Shown: positions 22,226-32,388 of the stretch, piece after piece | Position numbering within the stretch: position 1 is the stretch's first letter | How the letters are laid out: every line of letters begins with the position of its first letter | Assembly: GCA_965218585.1 (NCBI GenBank) | Contig: CBDCLE010000011.1 | Coordinates: 64,001 to 128,000 of the forward strand | DNA from: Terriglobia bacterium | Lineage (GTDB): Bacteria; Acidobacteriota; Terriglobia; 20CM-2-55-15 | DNA: 64,000 nt | Direction: 5' to 3' | Made by a program: the position numbers and the translations under genes | The notes under the pieces: generated by a model | The model's database searches: none | Seen by the model: only the letters and a program-made list of their open reading frames with translations | Told to the model about the DNA's origin: nothing

Positions 22226-22543
22226 ATGACTGAATCAATGATCGCCATGGTGACCTGCGGATCACGTGACGAAGCGGGAGCGATTGCCGAAGCACTCGTC
22301 TCCGAGAAGCTCGCCGCTTGTGTGAACGTGGTTTCTTCAGTTGAATCCTGCTATCGGTGGGAGGGCCGGTTGAATTGGGATGCCGAATGCCTGCTGGTAA
22401 TCAAGACTACTGCTGGCGGCGTCGATCGGGTCCGGCAGCGTGTTCTCGAGCTTCACAGCTACGATCTGCCGGAGTTCGTCGCCTTCAAGATCGACAACGG
22501 ATCCGAATCTTACTTGAAGTGGATTGAAGACTCAGTGGATTAG
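22226..22543 (+). CDS. cutA: Divalent cation tolerance protein CutA
   Basis: LAACVN, S.YRWEG, IKT, HSYDLPE, YLKWI. Confidence 0.92.
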   Translation: MTESMIAMVTCGSRDEAGAIAEALVSEKLAACVNVVSSVESCYRWEGRLNWDAECLLVIKTTAGGVDRVRQRVLELHSYDLPEFVAFKIDNGSESYLKWIEDSVD

Positions 22544-22558
22544 GTGAAAGAAATACTA

Positions 22559-22627
22559 ACCGAGAGACGCTGAGGGCGCAGAGGACGCAGATAAATAATT
22601 TGTCCGCGTCCTCTGCGTTTCTGCGTT
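22559..22627. repeat. CGCAGAG-type imperfect palindrome between convergent genes
   Basis: CGCAGAGGACGCAGA...TCCGCGTCCTCTGCG with short tandem units. Confidence 0.5.
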
Positions 22628-22631
22628 GTTC

Positions 22632-23771
22632 CTATTCTTCAAACGCATGTTCCAGATCCGCAATCAGGTCCTCGATGTCTTCTATTCCAACCGAAATTCG
22701 AACCAGACCGGCTGTGACGCCCAGGCGTTCTCTGTCTTCCTCCGGTACGGACGCGTGAGTCATTGTTGCGGGGTGTGAGATCAGCGTTTCTACGCCGCCC
22801 AGGCTTTCGCCGAGAGAACAGAGTCGAACGCGTTCGAGAAACCCCGAGGCCGCTTCCAGCGATCCGAGGTCGAACGCGATCATCGCTCCAAAACCGGACA
22901 TCTGCTGTTTCGCCAGTTGGTGTTGAGGGTGATCTGAAAGGCCCGGGTAGTACACGGTTTGAACCTGGCTTTTTGAATCCAGATACTGTGCAATCGCCAT
23001 TCCGTTGGAATTGTGGGCCTCCATCCGGATTGGAAGCGTCTTGACGCCGCGCAACACCAACCAGGAATCGAATGGTGACAGGATCGCGCCTGCGGCGTTC
23101 TGGATGAAGTGGAGTTGCTCTCCATCTTTTTGGTCCTTCAGGACGGCGACGCCTCCAACACTGTCGCTGTGTCCGTTGAGAAACTTCGTCGTACTGTGGA
23201 TGACAATGTCTGCGCCCAGCGCAATAGGTCGCTGGAAGTAGGGGGTCATGAACGTGTTGTCGACGACGAGCCGGCAGCCGGCGTCTCTGGTTACGCTTGA
23301 AATTCCTGCGATGTCGCCGATGGACATCAACGGATTTGTCGGTGTTTCTACGAAGACCATCTTGGTGTTCGGGCGAATCGCATTGCGTACATTGTCTGCG
23401 CTGGATGTGTCGACCCAAGTGAAGTCGACACCGTAGTTGCGTACGATGCTTTCGAAAAGACGAAAGGTTCCACCGTAAACGTTCTCCGTGCAGACGGCAT
23501 GATCGCCTTTCTCGAGCAAGAGCTGTGTGATCGCCGTTTCCGCAGCCATTCCAGAAGCGAATGCGCACGCGGAGGTGCCACCTTCCAGGGCAGCCATGTT
23601 CTGTTCGAGAGCGTTTCGTGTGGGATTTTCGGTCCGGGCATACTCGTAGCCTTTGTGCTTTCCCAGTCCTTCCTGAACGTAAGTAGATGTCTGGTATATC
23701 GGAACCGTAACCGCGCCTGTGGTCGGATCGGGTTCCTGACCTGCGTGTATTGCGTCAGTTCTAAAGCCCAT
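22632..23771 (-). CDS. PLP-dependent cystathionine gamma-lyase/synthase
   Basis: PIYQTSTY, FASGMAA, ETPTNP, VDNTF, HSTTKFLNGHSD, ESLGGVE. Confidence 0.93.
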   Translation of the reverse strand: MGFRTDAIHAGQEPDPTTGAVTVPIYQTSTYVQEGLGKHKGYEYARTENPTRNALEQNMAALEGGTSACAFASGMAAETAITQLLLEKGDHAVCTENVYGGTFRLFESIVRNYGVDFTWVDTSSADNVRNAIRPNTKMVFVETPTNPLMSIGDIAGISSVTRDAGCRLVVDNTFMTPYFQRPIALGADIVIHSTTKFLNGHSDSVGGVAVLKDQKDGEQLHFIQNAAGAILSPFDSWLVLRGVKTLPIRMEAHNSNGMAIAQYLDSKSQVQTVYYPGLSDHPQHQLAKQQMSGFGAMIAFDLGSLEAASGFLERVRLCSLGESLGGVETLISHPATMTHASVPEEDRERLGVTAGLVRISVGIEDIEDLIADLEHAFEE

Positions 23772-23821
23772 AGAGGCAGATCTTACTTTAATTTTGTGGA
23801 ATCTGAGTAATCCGGGTATCG

Positions 23822-26086
23822 CTATTGGTGATTATCGATCTCTTCGAAATAGTCACCCTTGACGAGGACTTCGCGCGGCCTGCTGCCTTCCGGTGGGCCG
23901 ACCATGCCGTCTGCTTCCATCGCGTCCAGTAGACTGGCTGCCCGGCCGTAGCCGATTCGCAGGCGACGCTGCAGGGCGGACGTGGACGCTTTCCCCCCAT
24001 TTCGACAACGAGGCGCAGGGCAGTGTCGTAAAGTTCGTCGGTGGCGCCGTCCGGTTCCATCCGTGCTCGCCGCTCTTCTGGAGAGTCGAGGATGTTTTCG
24101 TTGTATGAAGGCCTGCCCTGAGCTTTGAGATAGTCCGCTACACGTGTGACCTCTTCTTCGGTCACCATCGGGCCGTGTGCGCGCATGAGGCGCGGAAGAA
24201 CCCGGCGGCAGGAAAAGCATGTCACCGCGACCCAGGAGCGATTCGGCTCCGTTCGCATCGAGAATAGTTCGGGAGTCGATCTTGGTGGCAACACGGAAGG
24301 AAATACGAGCCGGGAAGTTAGCTTTGATCAGACCCGTGATGACATCCACAGAAGGTCGTTGCGTCGCCAGAATGAGATGGATTCCGACCGCGCGCGCCAT
24401 TTGCGCGAGGCGTGTTATCGATTCCTCGACCTCGCGGGAAGCGACCATCATCAGGTCGGCCAACTCGTCGATTACGATCACAATGTAGGGGAGCTGCTCG
24501 CGGTCCTCTTCTTCCTCTTCGCCAAAACCCGGAATCGGTAGCTGTTTGATGTGTTCGTTGTAGGCTTCGAGCGTCCGCACACCCCGTTTGGCCAATTTCT
24601 TGTAACGGCCTTCCATTTCCCCGACGGCCCACTTCAGCGCGTTTTGCGCAGCGACAGGTTCGGTCACTACGGGGACCAGGAGGTGGGGGATGTCCTGATA
24701 CAGCCCCAGCTCGAGCCGCTTGGGATCGATCATGATCAGTTTTACCCGATCCGGTTTCGACCGAAACAACAGCGACAGAATCAACGAGTTTATGGATACA
24801 GACTTTCCGGTTCCCGTAGATCCTGCAATCAGAAGGTGCGGCATCCTGTGAAGATCGGAGACGATGATGCGCCCTGTGATGTCCTTGCCCAAAGCCAGCG
24901 GCAGCAAGGCTTTAGATTTCAAGTATTCGGGTGATTCTATAAGTTCCCGAAGAGTGATCGTGGCGCGATCGGGATTCGGCACCTCGATGCCGACTGTCGA
25001 TTTTCCGGCAAGCCGGTCGATGCGAATCGATTCTGCTTCCAGTGCAAGGCAGAGGTCCTGATCCAGTCCCGTTACCTTGGAATACTTGATTCCGGGCTCG
25101 GGTTTGAATTCGAACGTCGTTACGACAGGCCCCGGATGAATCTGCTGGACCTGTCCTACGACTTCGAATTCCTTTGTCTTTTCTTCGATCTGGTCTGCGC
25201 GTTCCCGAAGTTCCTCTTCATCTACGGGTATCTGATCCTCCGGCGGCAGTAACAGTTCAGGGGAAGGGAAGTTGACGGTTTTCAGCGGGACTGGCTCCAT
25301 TTCCGTGACGACGGGCTCGTCGATAGGGATCAGGGAAGGCTGCTCGGCCACTCTCCGTTTGCTGGCCCGGGGCGGGGGCACATCTTTGGGTTTTTCCGCC
25401 TTGGGTTCGGGTTGTGTGACGAGGGCTGGAGCTTTCTTTCGCTCGATGCGTCGCCGCACTCGCTCTCTTGATTGTTCCTCCAGCCATCCGACGGCCTGCT
25501 GTTGCCACACGGCCACAAAGCGCAGGCGTGGCCGAAGAAAGTCGATCGTCCTCTGAAAAGAAAAAGTCGTCGCAAGAAGAAGCGAAACCAGAAAAGACGC
25601 GACCAGTACGATCACGGTGCCGAGCGGGTTGAGCGTAGCACTCAACCATTCGGCGAGGAGTTGACCGCCACCCCCGCCTGCCGGAATCTGTCCGCCGATC
25701 CGGGGAACAGCAGGGGAGAGCGCAAGGCCAGTCGCCAGTGTCAGGACCATCAGCGACATTCCGGCCAGTCGGGTCCCCACAGTGCCGACACTCCATGACG
25801 CCAGCCAATGGAACGCGTAGATGCCGAGGAAAACCGGCAGTAGAAGGCCTGCATAACCGATCGCCTGAAACAGCAAGTCGGAAGCATGTGAACCGACGAC
25901 GCCAATCAGGTTGGCCGGTTGATCTTCAAATCGGACGTTTCGGCTGATGTTGAACGAAGGGTCCGTCGCGTCGAAGGAGACGAGGCTGAGACTGATCAGT
26001 ACCGCGACCGTAACCAAGAGCAGACCGACGAATTCGTTGATCCGACGGTGCTCGGTGGGCGTGAGGTAAACCGTCCACTTCATCAC
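23822..26086 (-). CDS. ftsK: DNA translocase FtsK, with two compensating frameshifts near 24195 and 23995
   Basis: 4TM N-terminus, PHLLIAGSTGTGKS, IDELADLM, ATQRPSVDV, gamma domain LQRRLRIGYGRAA; the RAHG..V.EEEV segment lies in another frame. Confidence 0.93.
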   Translation of the reverse strand: MMKWTVYLTPTEHRRINEFVGLLLVTVAVLISLSLVSFDATDPSFNISRNVRFEDQPANLIGVVGSHASDLLFQAIGYAGLLLPVFLGIYAFHWLASWSVGTVGTRLAGMSLMVLTLATGLALSPAVPRIGGQIPAGGGGGQLLAEWLSATLNPLGTVIVLVASFLVSLLLATTFSFQRTIDFLRPRLRFVAVWQQQAVGWLEEQSRERVRRRIERKKAPALVTQPEPKAEKPKDVPPPRASKRRVAEQPSLIPIDEPVVTEMEPVPLKTVNFPSPELLLPPEDQIPVDEEELRERADQIEEKTKEFEVVGQVQQIHPGPVVTTFEFKPEPGIKYSKVTGLDQDLCLALEAESIRIDRLAGKSTVGIEVPNPDRATITLRELIESPEYLKSKALLPLALGKDITGRIIVSDLHRMPHLLIAGSTGTGKSVSINSLILSLLFRSKPDRVKLIMIDPKRLELGLYQDIPHLLVPVVTEPVAAQNALKWAVGEMEGRYKKLAKRGVRTLEAYNEHIKQLPIPGFGEEEEEDREQLPYIVIVIDELADLMMVASREVEESITRLAQMARAVGIHLILATQRPSVDVITGLIKANFPARISFRVATKIDSRTILDANGAESLLGRGDMLFLPPGSSAPHARTRPDGDRRRGHTCSGLSQSSGQAFIQRKHPRLSRRAASTDGTGRRHRRTLRHCPAPRCRNGGKASTSALQRRLRIGYGRAASLLDAMEADGMVGPPEGSRPREVLVKGDYFEEIDNHQ

Positions 26087-26094
26087 GTCGCATT

Positions 26095-26907
26095 CTATCT
26101 AAATCCTATAGAGAAAGCGAGTAAGACCACAATACCAAGCGTTATCCGATAATAAACGAACGCATATGTTGTGTGTGTTGCCAAATAGCGAAGAAGGAAG
26201 GCGATGGCTGCGTATCCGACTATTCCGGAGGTCAGTATGCCAACCAGTAGCACCCCCAGTTGGTCACTGCTCATCCCTTCGTTGAAGAGGTCGAACACCT
26301 GCTTGGCGCCCGCTCCCGCTATCAGCGGAGCTGAAAGCAGAAATGAAAAGCGGGCTGCCGCATCGCGTTCGAACCCCCGGAACAGGGCTGCTGTGATAGT
26401 GACACCCGACCGTGACACTCCGGGAATGATCGCCAGCGCCTGTGCAAAACCCACGATCAAGGCATCGGTCCAGGAGACACCTTCGAGGCGTTTTTCTCTC
26501 CGTCCTCTCCACTCGGCAGCGACGAGGACAAGTGCCAGACCGATGAGTGTAAACGCCACCACGAGAGGACTGCGCAGGTATGCTTCGACGAAATCCTCCG
26601 CCAGGAACCCGGTCACTCCTCCTGGCACGGTTGCCGCGGCAATAAGCAGGACCATGCGGGCGTCCGGTTCGGCCCAGTGCCCCCGGGCAATGCGAACCCC
26701 GGAGCGTGCGAGGGCTATCCACTCTCTTCGGAAGTACCAGAGCAGGGCAAACAGCGTGCCGATATGGAGCGCTACATCGAAAGCCAGGCCCTGTTCTTCC
26801 CAGCCCAGGAACCAGGGAACGAGGATCAGGTGGCCGGTACTGCTGATGGGCAGGAATTCTGTGACTCCCTGAACCACACCCAGAACGATTGCCTCGAGTA
26901 CGTCCAT
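26095..26907 (-). CDS. uppP: Undecaprenyl-diphosphate phosphatase
   Basis: QGVTEFLPISSTGH, PGVSRSGVT, ARFSFLL. Confidence 0.95.
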   Translation of the reverse strand: MDVLEAIVLGVVQGVTEFLPISSTGHLILVPWFLGWEEQGLAFDVALHIGTLFALLWYFRREWIALARSGVRIARGHWAEPDARMVLLIAAATVPGGVTGFLAEDFVEAYLRSPLVVAFTLIGLALVLVAAEWRGRREKRLEGVSWTDALIVGFAQALAIIPGVSRSGVTITAALFRGFERDAAARFSFLLSAPLIAGAGAKQVFDLFNEGMSSDQLGVLLVGILTSGIVGYAAIAFLLRYLATHTTYAFVYYRITLGIVVLLAFSIGFR

Positions 26908-26917
26908 CAGTGTCGGT

Positions 26918-28579
26918 TCAGATTTCCATGATGACGGGCAGGATGAAGGGGCGCTTGGAAAGCTGTTTGGAAATATACCGCTTCAGCGCGCGTCGAATTT
27001 TCTCTTTGATCACAGCCCAATCCCCACGTTCTTCGAGTGACGAGTCTTCGATGGTTTCGATCACGAGATCCCGGCATTCTTCGACCAGTTCGTCGTCATC
27101 CGTGACTGTCATGCCTCGAAATACCACTTCCGGGGGACTTTCCAGTTCGCCCGTCTGTTTGTTGATCACGATAACCGGCAGAACGATACCGTCTTCGGAA
27201 ATGTGCCTCCGGTCGCGCACCACCAGATCGGCCACTTCTTCCAAGCTCCCCTGATCGATCAGAACACGCCCGACCGGCGCTTTCCCGACTATCGAAACGC
27301 TGTCGGCATCGAGTCGGATCACGTCGCCGGTTTCTGCGATCAAGACTTCACGTTCAACGACTCCGGTCTGTTCGGCTATTGCTGCGTGACGATGCAAGTG
27401 ACGGTAGTCGCCGTGAATCGGGACGAAGAATCGGGGTTTGACCAGCATCATCATGAGCTTGAGTTCTTCTGCGCTGGCATGGCCGCTGACATGGACGGGT
27501 GGGGTTGAACCGTCCTGATAAATGACGTCGGCCTGCCGGCGATAGAGATGGTCCATCATTCGGGAAATTGCCCGTTCGTTACCGGGGATCATTCTGGACG
27601 AGAGGACCACCGTGTCGCCTGCATCAAGATGAAGGTCCTTGTGTTGGTCCACCGCTACGCGCGCCATCGCAGACATCGGTTCTCCCTGACAGCCGCTGAC
27701 GACGACACAGACCCTGTCTCTAGGGTGGTTCTTGATCTCCTTTGGGCGTATCACCAGTCCAGGAGGAAGATCCAGCGATCCCAACTGCTGGGCCATGTCG
27801 CTGTTGGTCAGCATTCTCCGTCCGAGAAAAGCCAGGTGCCTGCCGTGTCTGTGGGCCGCGTCCGCAATGATCTGAATACGGTGGATCGCGGATGTGAAGC
27901 AGGAGACGATGATGCGGCCTTCGGCCTCCCCGAAAATGCTTTCGAAACGACCCTCGACAGCACGTTCCGACGGCGTATATCCCTCGCGTTCTGCGTTCGT
28001 GCTGTCAGAGAAAAGAGCCAGGACGCCCTCGCGTCCGTAAGCGGCGAATGCGGGCAGGTCGAAGTGGTGGCCGTCGATCGGAGAATGGTCGATTTTGAAA
28101 TCGCCTGTATGAATGATGAGTCCTGCCGGTGTTCGAATGGCCAGCGCGAGCGAATCGACGATGGAGTGTGTGACCGCGATGAATTCTACGCCAAACGGTC
28201 CCAACCGGATGGAATCCTCCGGATGAATCTCGATCAATGTTGATTCTGTCAGGAGGTCATGGTCTTCCAGTTTCCGGCGAACAAGTGCAAGCGTGAACGG
28301 GCTGCCGTAAACCGGAACATTAATGTAGGGAAGAATGAAGGGAAGCGCCCCGATATGGTCTTCGTGGCCGTGTGTCAGGACGATCGCACGGACTTTTTCA
28401 CGATTGTCGAGCAGGTAAGTGATATCCGGGACAACGATATCCACACCCAGCAATTCCTGTTCGGGAAACAGAACGCCGCAATCGACGACGATGATGGAAT
28501 CATCGGACGAAAACGCCATCATGTGCATGCCGAATTCGCCCAGTCCGCCGAGGGGGACAACTTCTAAAGTGTCAGTCAT
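26918..28579 (-). CDS. rnj: Ribonuclease J
   Basis: PLGGLGEFG, THGHEDHIG, HTGDFK, SDSTNA, QGEP, HVSGH. Confidence 0.95.
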   Translation of the reverse strand: MTDTLEVVPLGGLGEFGMHMMAFSSDDSIIVVDCGVLFPEQELLGVDIVVPDITYLLDNREKVRAIVLTHGHEDHIGALPFILPYINVPVYGSPFTLALVRRKLEDHDLLTESTLIEIHPEDSIRLGPFGVEFIAVTHSIVDSLALAIRTPAGLIIHTGDFKIDHSPIDGHHFDLPAFAAYGREGVLALFSDSTNAEREGYTPSERAVEGRFESIFGEAEGRIIVSCFTSAIHRIQIIADAAHRHGRHLAFLGRRMLTNSDMAQQLGSLDLPPGLVIRPKEIKNHPRDRVCVVVSGCQGEPMSAMARVAVDQHKDLHLDAGDTVVLSSRMIPGNERAISRMMDHLYRRQADVIYQDGSTPPVHVSGHASAEELKLMMMLVKPRFFVPIHGDYRHLHRHAAIAEQTGVVEREVLIAETGDVIRLDADSVSIVGKAPVGRVLIDQGSLEEVADLVVRDRRHISEDGIVLPVIVINKQTGELESPPEVVFRGMTVTDDDELVEECRDLVIETIEDSSLEERGDWAVIKEKIRRALKRYISKQLSKRPFILPVIMEI

Positions 28580-29389
28580 GGGCCGAGATTATATACGAGC
28601 GCGTGGTGAAGCCGGACGAAGGTATCGACAGACAGGTCTTCGGCCCGGGCATCCGGGGGGACACCTTCGTGCTCGAATGTCTTGAGGAGCCCATCGCGTC
28701 CGTGGCCGGGAAACGAGGGCACAAGATTGTTTACGAGTTTCTTTCGCCGGGAGGAAAAAGCCTGTTTGACGAAAAGCATGAAGTTCGGGGAGTCAACGGT
28801 ATCGGCGCGCCATGTCATGCGAATCATGCGCGACCACACCTTGGGTTTGGGTGTGAAAGCGCCCGGTGGCACCCTGAATCCGCCTTCTGTCTCCGCGTAA
28901 TACTGTATGCCCACCGAAAGAACTCCGTACTGGCGGGACCCAGGATCTGCAAGTATCCGGTCTGCGACTTCCTTTTGAAGCATGACCGTGACGGATGCGA
29001 TTGACCCACGTGCCTGGGTAAATCGCTCGATCAAAGGAGTGGCGACGTTGTAGGGCAGATTCGCGACGATGTGGTACGGAGAGTCCGAAAGCCGAGTGAA
29101 GTCCATTTCAAGAGCGTCGCCCTCGATGATCTCGACGTTGGAGGAAACGCGGGTCCGAAGAGCCCTAACCAGATCAGAATCGACCTCAATCGTGACGACG
29201 CGTCTCACCCGCCCGGCCAGAGTCCGGGTCAGCGTGCCTTTCCCCGGGCCTATTTCGATGACTGTGTCCAGGCTTCCAACCCGGCGAGAAGTCGACGATC
29301 TTTCGAAGAATACGGGGATCAGAGAGGAAGTGTTGGCCGAGACGTTTCTTAGGCACTTGAGAGGGCTGCTGGTTCACTGTCTGGGACAA
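28576..29389 (-). CDS. rsmA: 16S rRNA dimethyladenosine transferase RsmA/KsgA, frameshift near 29280
   Basis: PKKRLGQHFL in one frame; EIGPG.G.LT, ANLPYN, F.PKPKV.S and RRKKL.N in another. Confidence 0.88.
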
Positions 29390-29390
29390 A

Positions 29391-29466
<76 letters not shown>

Positions 29467-29693
29467 GTGCTACACGGCTCGAAACACGGATCGTAGCCGA
29501 ACCACCATTTGTACCATTGAAAGGTACCCAAAGCAAACCTGGTAGTCGGTCCCACTTTTGGGGCTATTTGTGTAATCCAGGCTACACACGTGTCGAAATA
29601 TCGCTTCCCCCCTTTGACACGCCCGGCAAAAATACGTGTAATTGTAAGCCCGCTTACGGGGTCTACTTATTTTCAAAGCATCAGGAGGACGTT

Positions 29694-30353
29694 ATGCCAC
29701 TTCGGTTGGGGGCCACCGCGCCCGATTTTACTGCGGACACGACGGAAGGATCGGTCCAATTCCATGATTGGATTGGGGATGGTTGGGCCGTGCTGTTTTC
29801 GCATCCTAAGGATTTCACACCTGTCTGTACGACCGAATTGGGGTACGTGGCCAAGCTCAAGCCTGAATTCGACAAGCGCAACACGAAGGTCATCGGACTC
29901 AGTGTCGACTCGGTTGAAGATCACATAGGCTGGTCGAAGGACATCGAGGAGACGCAGGGTGTCGCCCCGAACTATCCGATGATCGGTGACCCCGAACTCA
30001 AAGTCGCCAAGCTCTATGACATGCTGCCTGAAGACACCGAAGGTGGGGCCAAGGGCCGGACTGCGGCGGACAACATGACGGTTCGTAATGTCTATGTCAT
30101 TGGTCCGGACAAGCAGATCAAGCTCATCATCACCTATCCGATGGCAACGGGACGGAACTTCGACGAACTGCTTCGCGTCATCGACTCGCTTCAGCTGACC
30201 GCGAACCACAAGGTCGCGACACCGGCGAACTGGAAGGACGGTGACGACTGCATCATTGTCCCGGCCGTGTCCGACGAAGCCGCGAAAGAAAAATACCCTG
30301 ATGGATGGAAAACACTAAAGCCGTATCTGCGGATCGTGAAGCAACCGAAATAA
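29694..30353 (+). CDS. 1-Cys peroxiredoxin (Prx6 family)
   Basis: FSHPKDFTPVCTTE, GRNFDE, VATPANW; RBS AGGAGG. Confidence 0.93.
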   Translation: MPLRLGATAPDFTADTTEGSVQFHDWIGDGWAVLFSHPKDFTPVCTTELGYVAKLKPEFDKRNTKVIGLSVDSVEDHIGWSKDIEETQGVAPNYPMIGDPELKVAKLYDMLPEDTEGGAKGRTAADNMTVRNVYVIGPDKQIKLIITYPMATGRNFDELLRVIDSLQLTANHKVATPANWKDGDDCIIVPAVSDEAAKEKYPDGWKTLKPYLRIVKQPK

Positions 30354-30356
30354 GGT

Positions 30357-30438
30357 AAATAGGGGACAAATAAATAGGGGACAGTGAGCGATTTCAGTAT
30401 GAAGAAATTGCTCACTGTCCCCTATTTATCCCCTATTT
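30357..30438. repeat. 82-bp palindromic REP/MITE-like element
   Basis: ATAAATAGGGGACAGTGAGCGATTTC and GAAATTGCTCACTGTCCCCTATTTAT arms with duplicated outer AAATAGGGGA. Confidence 0.75.
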
Positions 30439-30444
30439 GATTCT

Positions 30445-30804
30445 ATGCTCATATCAGAGGTCCTGGCGTCTCACAAAGAATGGCTGGAGTCCGACGGCTC
30501 GCGTGGCGAGCGCGCCCAACTTCAGAACACCGTACTGCAACAAGCCGACCTGCATGATGCGAACCTTGAGCGTGCCGACCTGAGCGGTGCGAAACTCAGC
30601 GTTGCGGATCTGATGCGGGCCAATCTGCGTGGAGCCAACCTTCAGGGTGCGGATCTCTGGATGTCGGACATGAAGGACACGATTCTGGACGGGACGGACC
30701 TGCGTGGGGCAAACCTCGCCGAAGTGACCGGCCTCAAGGCGAACCAGCTTGCCCAGGCTGTGGTCGACACCAAGACCCAACTTCCCGACACATTGGCCGA
30801 CTGA
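30445..30804 (+). CDS. Pentapeptide repeat protein
   Basis: HKEWLES.G.RGERA.L followed by A(D/N)L.. pentapeptides. Confidence 0.85.
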   Translation: MLISEVLASHKEWLESDGSRGERAQLQNTVLQQADLHDANLERADLSGAKLSVADLMRANLRGANLQGADLWMSDMKDTILDGTDLRGANLAEVTGLKANQLAQAVVDTKTQLPDTLAD

Positions 30805-30883
30805 TTTCAAACTGCGGTCTCGGTTGTGCGCTCCAAGAGCCACCTACAGCCCCCGCGGTGCCTCTGTGGTTCGCTTCTTCGAG

Positions 30884-32056
30884 TTAACGGTAGGCGGAGA
30901 TGCCCGTGATGGCTTCTCCAAGGATCAGCGTATGCATATGGTCGGTTCCTTCATACGTATAGACTGACTCGAGGTTGACCATGTGGCGAAAGACCGGATA
31001 CTCCAACGTCACGCCGTTGGCTCCCATCAGGTCCCGGGCGAGGCGTGCGGTCCGCAGGCCGACGCGAACGTTATTGCGCTTTGCGAGGGAAGTTCGTGCG
31101 TAGTTTGAAGTCCCTGCTTCTCTGAGCTTTCCCAGCCTCCAGGCCAGCAGCTGACCTTTCGTGATTTCACTCAGCATGTCGGCGAGCTTTTCCTGAACCA
31201 GTTGAAACGAGGCGATCGGACGGTCGAACTGCGTCCGTCCCTGCGTATAATCAGCCGCCCAGCCGTAGCAGTTCATTGCGGCACCGATGGCACCCCACGC
31301 AATGCCGTAACGTGCGTGGTCCAGGCAGCCGAGGGCGCTCTTAAGCCCGCTGGTTGCTGGAAGGCGGTTGTCCTCCGGTATCTCGACGTCGTCCAGGATC
31401 AGGTCCGAAGTGACAGATGCTCTGAGCGACAGTTTCTTTTTGATCTCCGGAGCCGCGAATCCCGGCCGATCCGTTTCGACAATGAATCCCTGTATGTTGC
31501 CGTCATCGTCCTTGGCCCAGACGATGGCAATGTCGGCAATGGACCCGTTGGTAATCCAACGTTTGGTTCCGTTGAGCGCCCACATTTCTCCGTTACGCCG
31601 CGCCCGGGTTTCCATGCCGCCAGGGTCGGAGCCATGGTCTGGTTCGGTCAAACCGAAGCAGCCGATCTTTTCTCCCTTTGCCAGGAGTGGAAGCCAAAGC
31701 CGCTTCTGCTCTTCGGAACCATAAGAATAGATGGGTTGCATAACCAGCGCGCCCTGGACGCTGACGAAACTTCTCAGGCCGCTGTCGCCGGCTTCCAGTT
31801 CCTGCATCATGAGGCCATAGGCCACGCTGTTCATGCCTGCGCATCCGTACTCTTCGGGCAAGTTGGCTCCGTAGAGGCCAAGTCCCGCCATCTGGGGAAT
31901 GAGTTCGGCTGGGAAGGTGGCTGCTTCGAAGTGGTCTTCGATGATGGGATCGACGTGGTCGTTGACGAATCCGCGGATCGTGTCGCGGACCATTCGTTCC
32001 TCGTCGGACAGAAGATCGTCGAGCCGGTAAAAGTCGACTCCCTGGTAAGAAGGCAT
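30884..32056 (-). CDS. Acyl-CoA dehydrogenase, glutaryl-CoA dehydrogenase-like
   Basis: DSGLRSFVSVQ, GCFGLTEPDHGSDP, KRWITNG, NLESVYTYEGT. Confidence 0.9.
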   Translation of the reverse strand: MPSYQGVDFYRLDDLLSDEERMVRDTIRGFVNDHVDPIIEDHFEAATFPAELIPQMAGLGLYGANLPEEYGCAGMNSVAYGLMMQELEAGDSGLRSFVSVQGALVMQPIYSYGSEEQKRLWLPLLAKGEKIGCFGLTEPDHGSDPGGMETRARRNGEMWALNGTKRWITNGSIADIAIVWAKDDDGNIQGFIVETDRPGFAAPEIKKKLSLRASVTSDLILDDVEIPEDNRLPATSGLKSALGCLDHARYGIAWGAIGAAMNCYGWAADYTQGRTQFDRPIASFQLVQEKLADMLSEITKGQLLAWRLGKLREAGTSNYARTSLAKRNNVRVGLRTARLARDLMGANGVTLEYPVFRHMVNLESVYTYEGTDHMHTLILGEAITGISAYR

Positions 32057-32113
32057 CCGTGTCTCCGGAAAAAAGCGCTTTATTATACAGTAGGCGTCTA
32101 GGATTGCGTGCTT

Positions 32114-32304
32114 GTTGCCGTGAGGTTCAACGTTAGCGAACGGATTTCGCTCGGTCGTTCATTCAGACATCCTGTCTGACACGACCGGCGAGCCCGTCAT
32201 CGTCGACGATGACGGGCCCTTAGAGAGAGCCGGAAGGTTAGGGACTTGCATTGGGAAGGACCCGCACCGGTCCGCACGGTGCGGGTGGACAACGAGGCGG
32301 TAGC
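32114..32304 (+). ncRNA. Structured RNA, probable 6S RNA
   Basis: 191 nt; ends pair (GTTGCCG/CGGTAGC, GTTCA/TGGAC); 3' hairpin CCCGCACCG/CGGTGCGGG; apical hairpin GCCCGTCATCG/CGATGACGGGC. Confidence 0.55.
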
Positions 32305-32388
32305 CGAGGCGTTCAGTGTAAGAAGATAATAGGATGAGGACTCGAAATGTCAGGTGTAGAGAGGGACGGTGGGCTCGACGTTAATCGC

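Noticed and set aside
23788-24294. Programmed frameshifting in ftsK
   Set aside because: No slippery heptamer or stimulatory structure; similar indels occur in unrelated nearby genes
30445-30804. Pentapeptide periodicity as a DNA repeat array
   Set aside because: Explained by an ordinary pentapeptide-repeat protein
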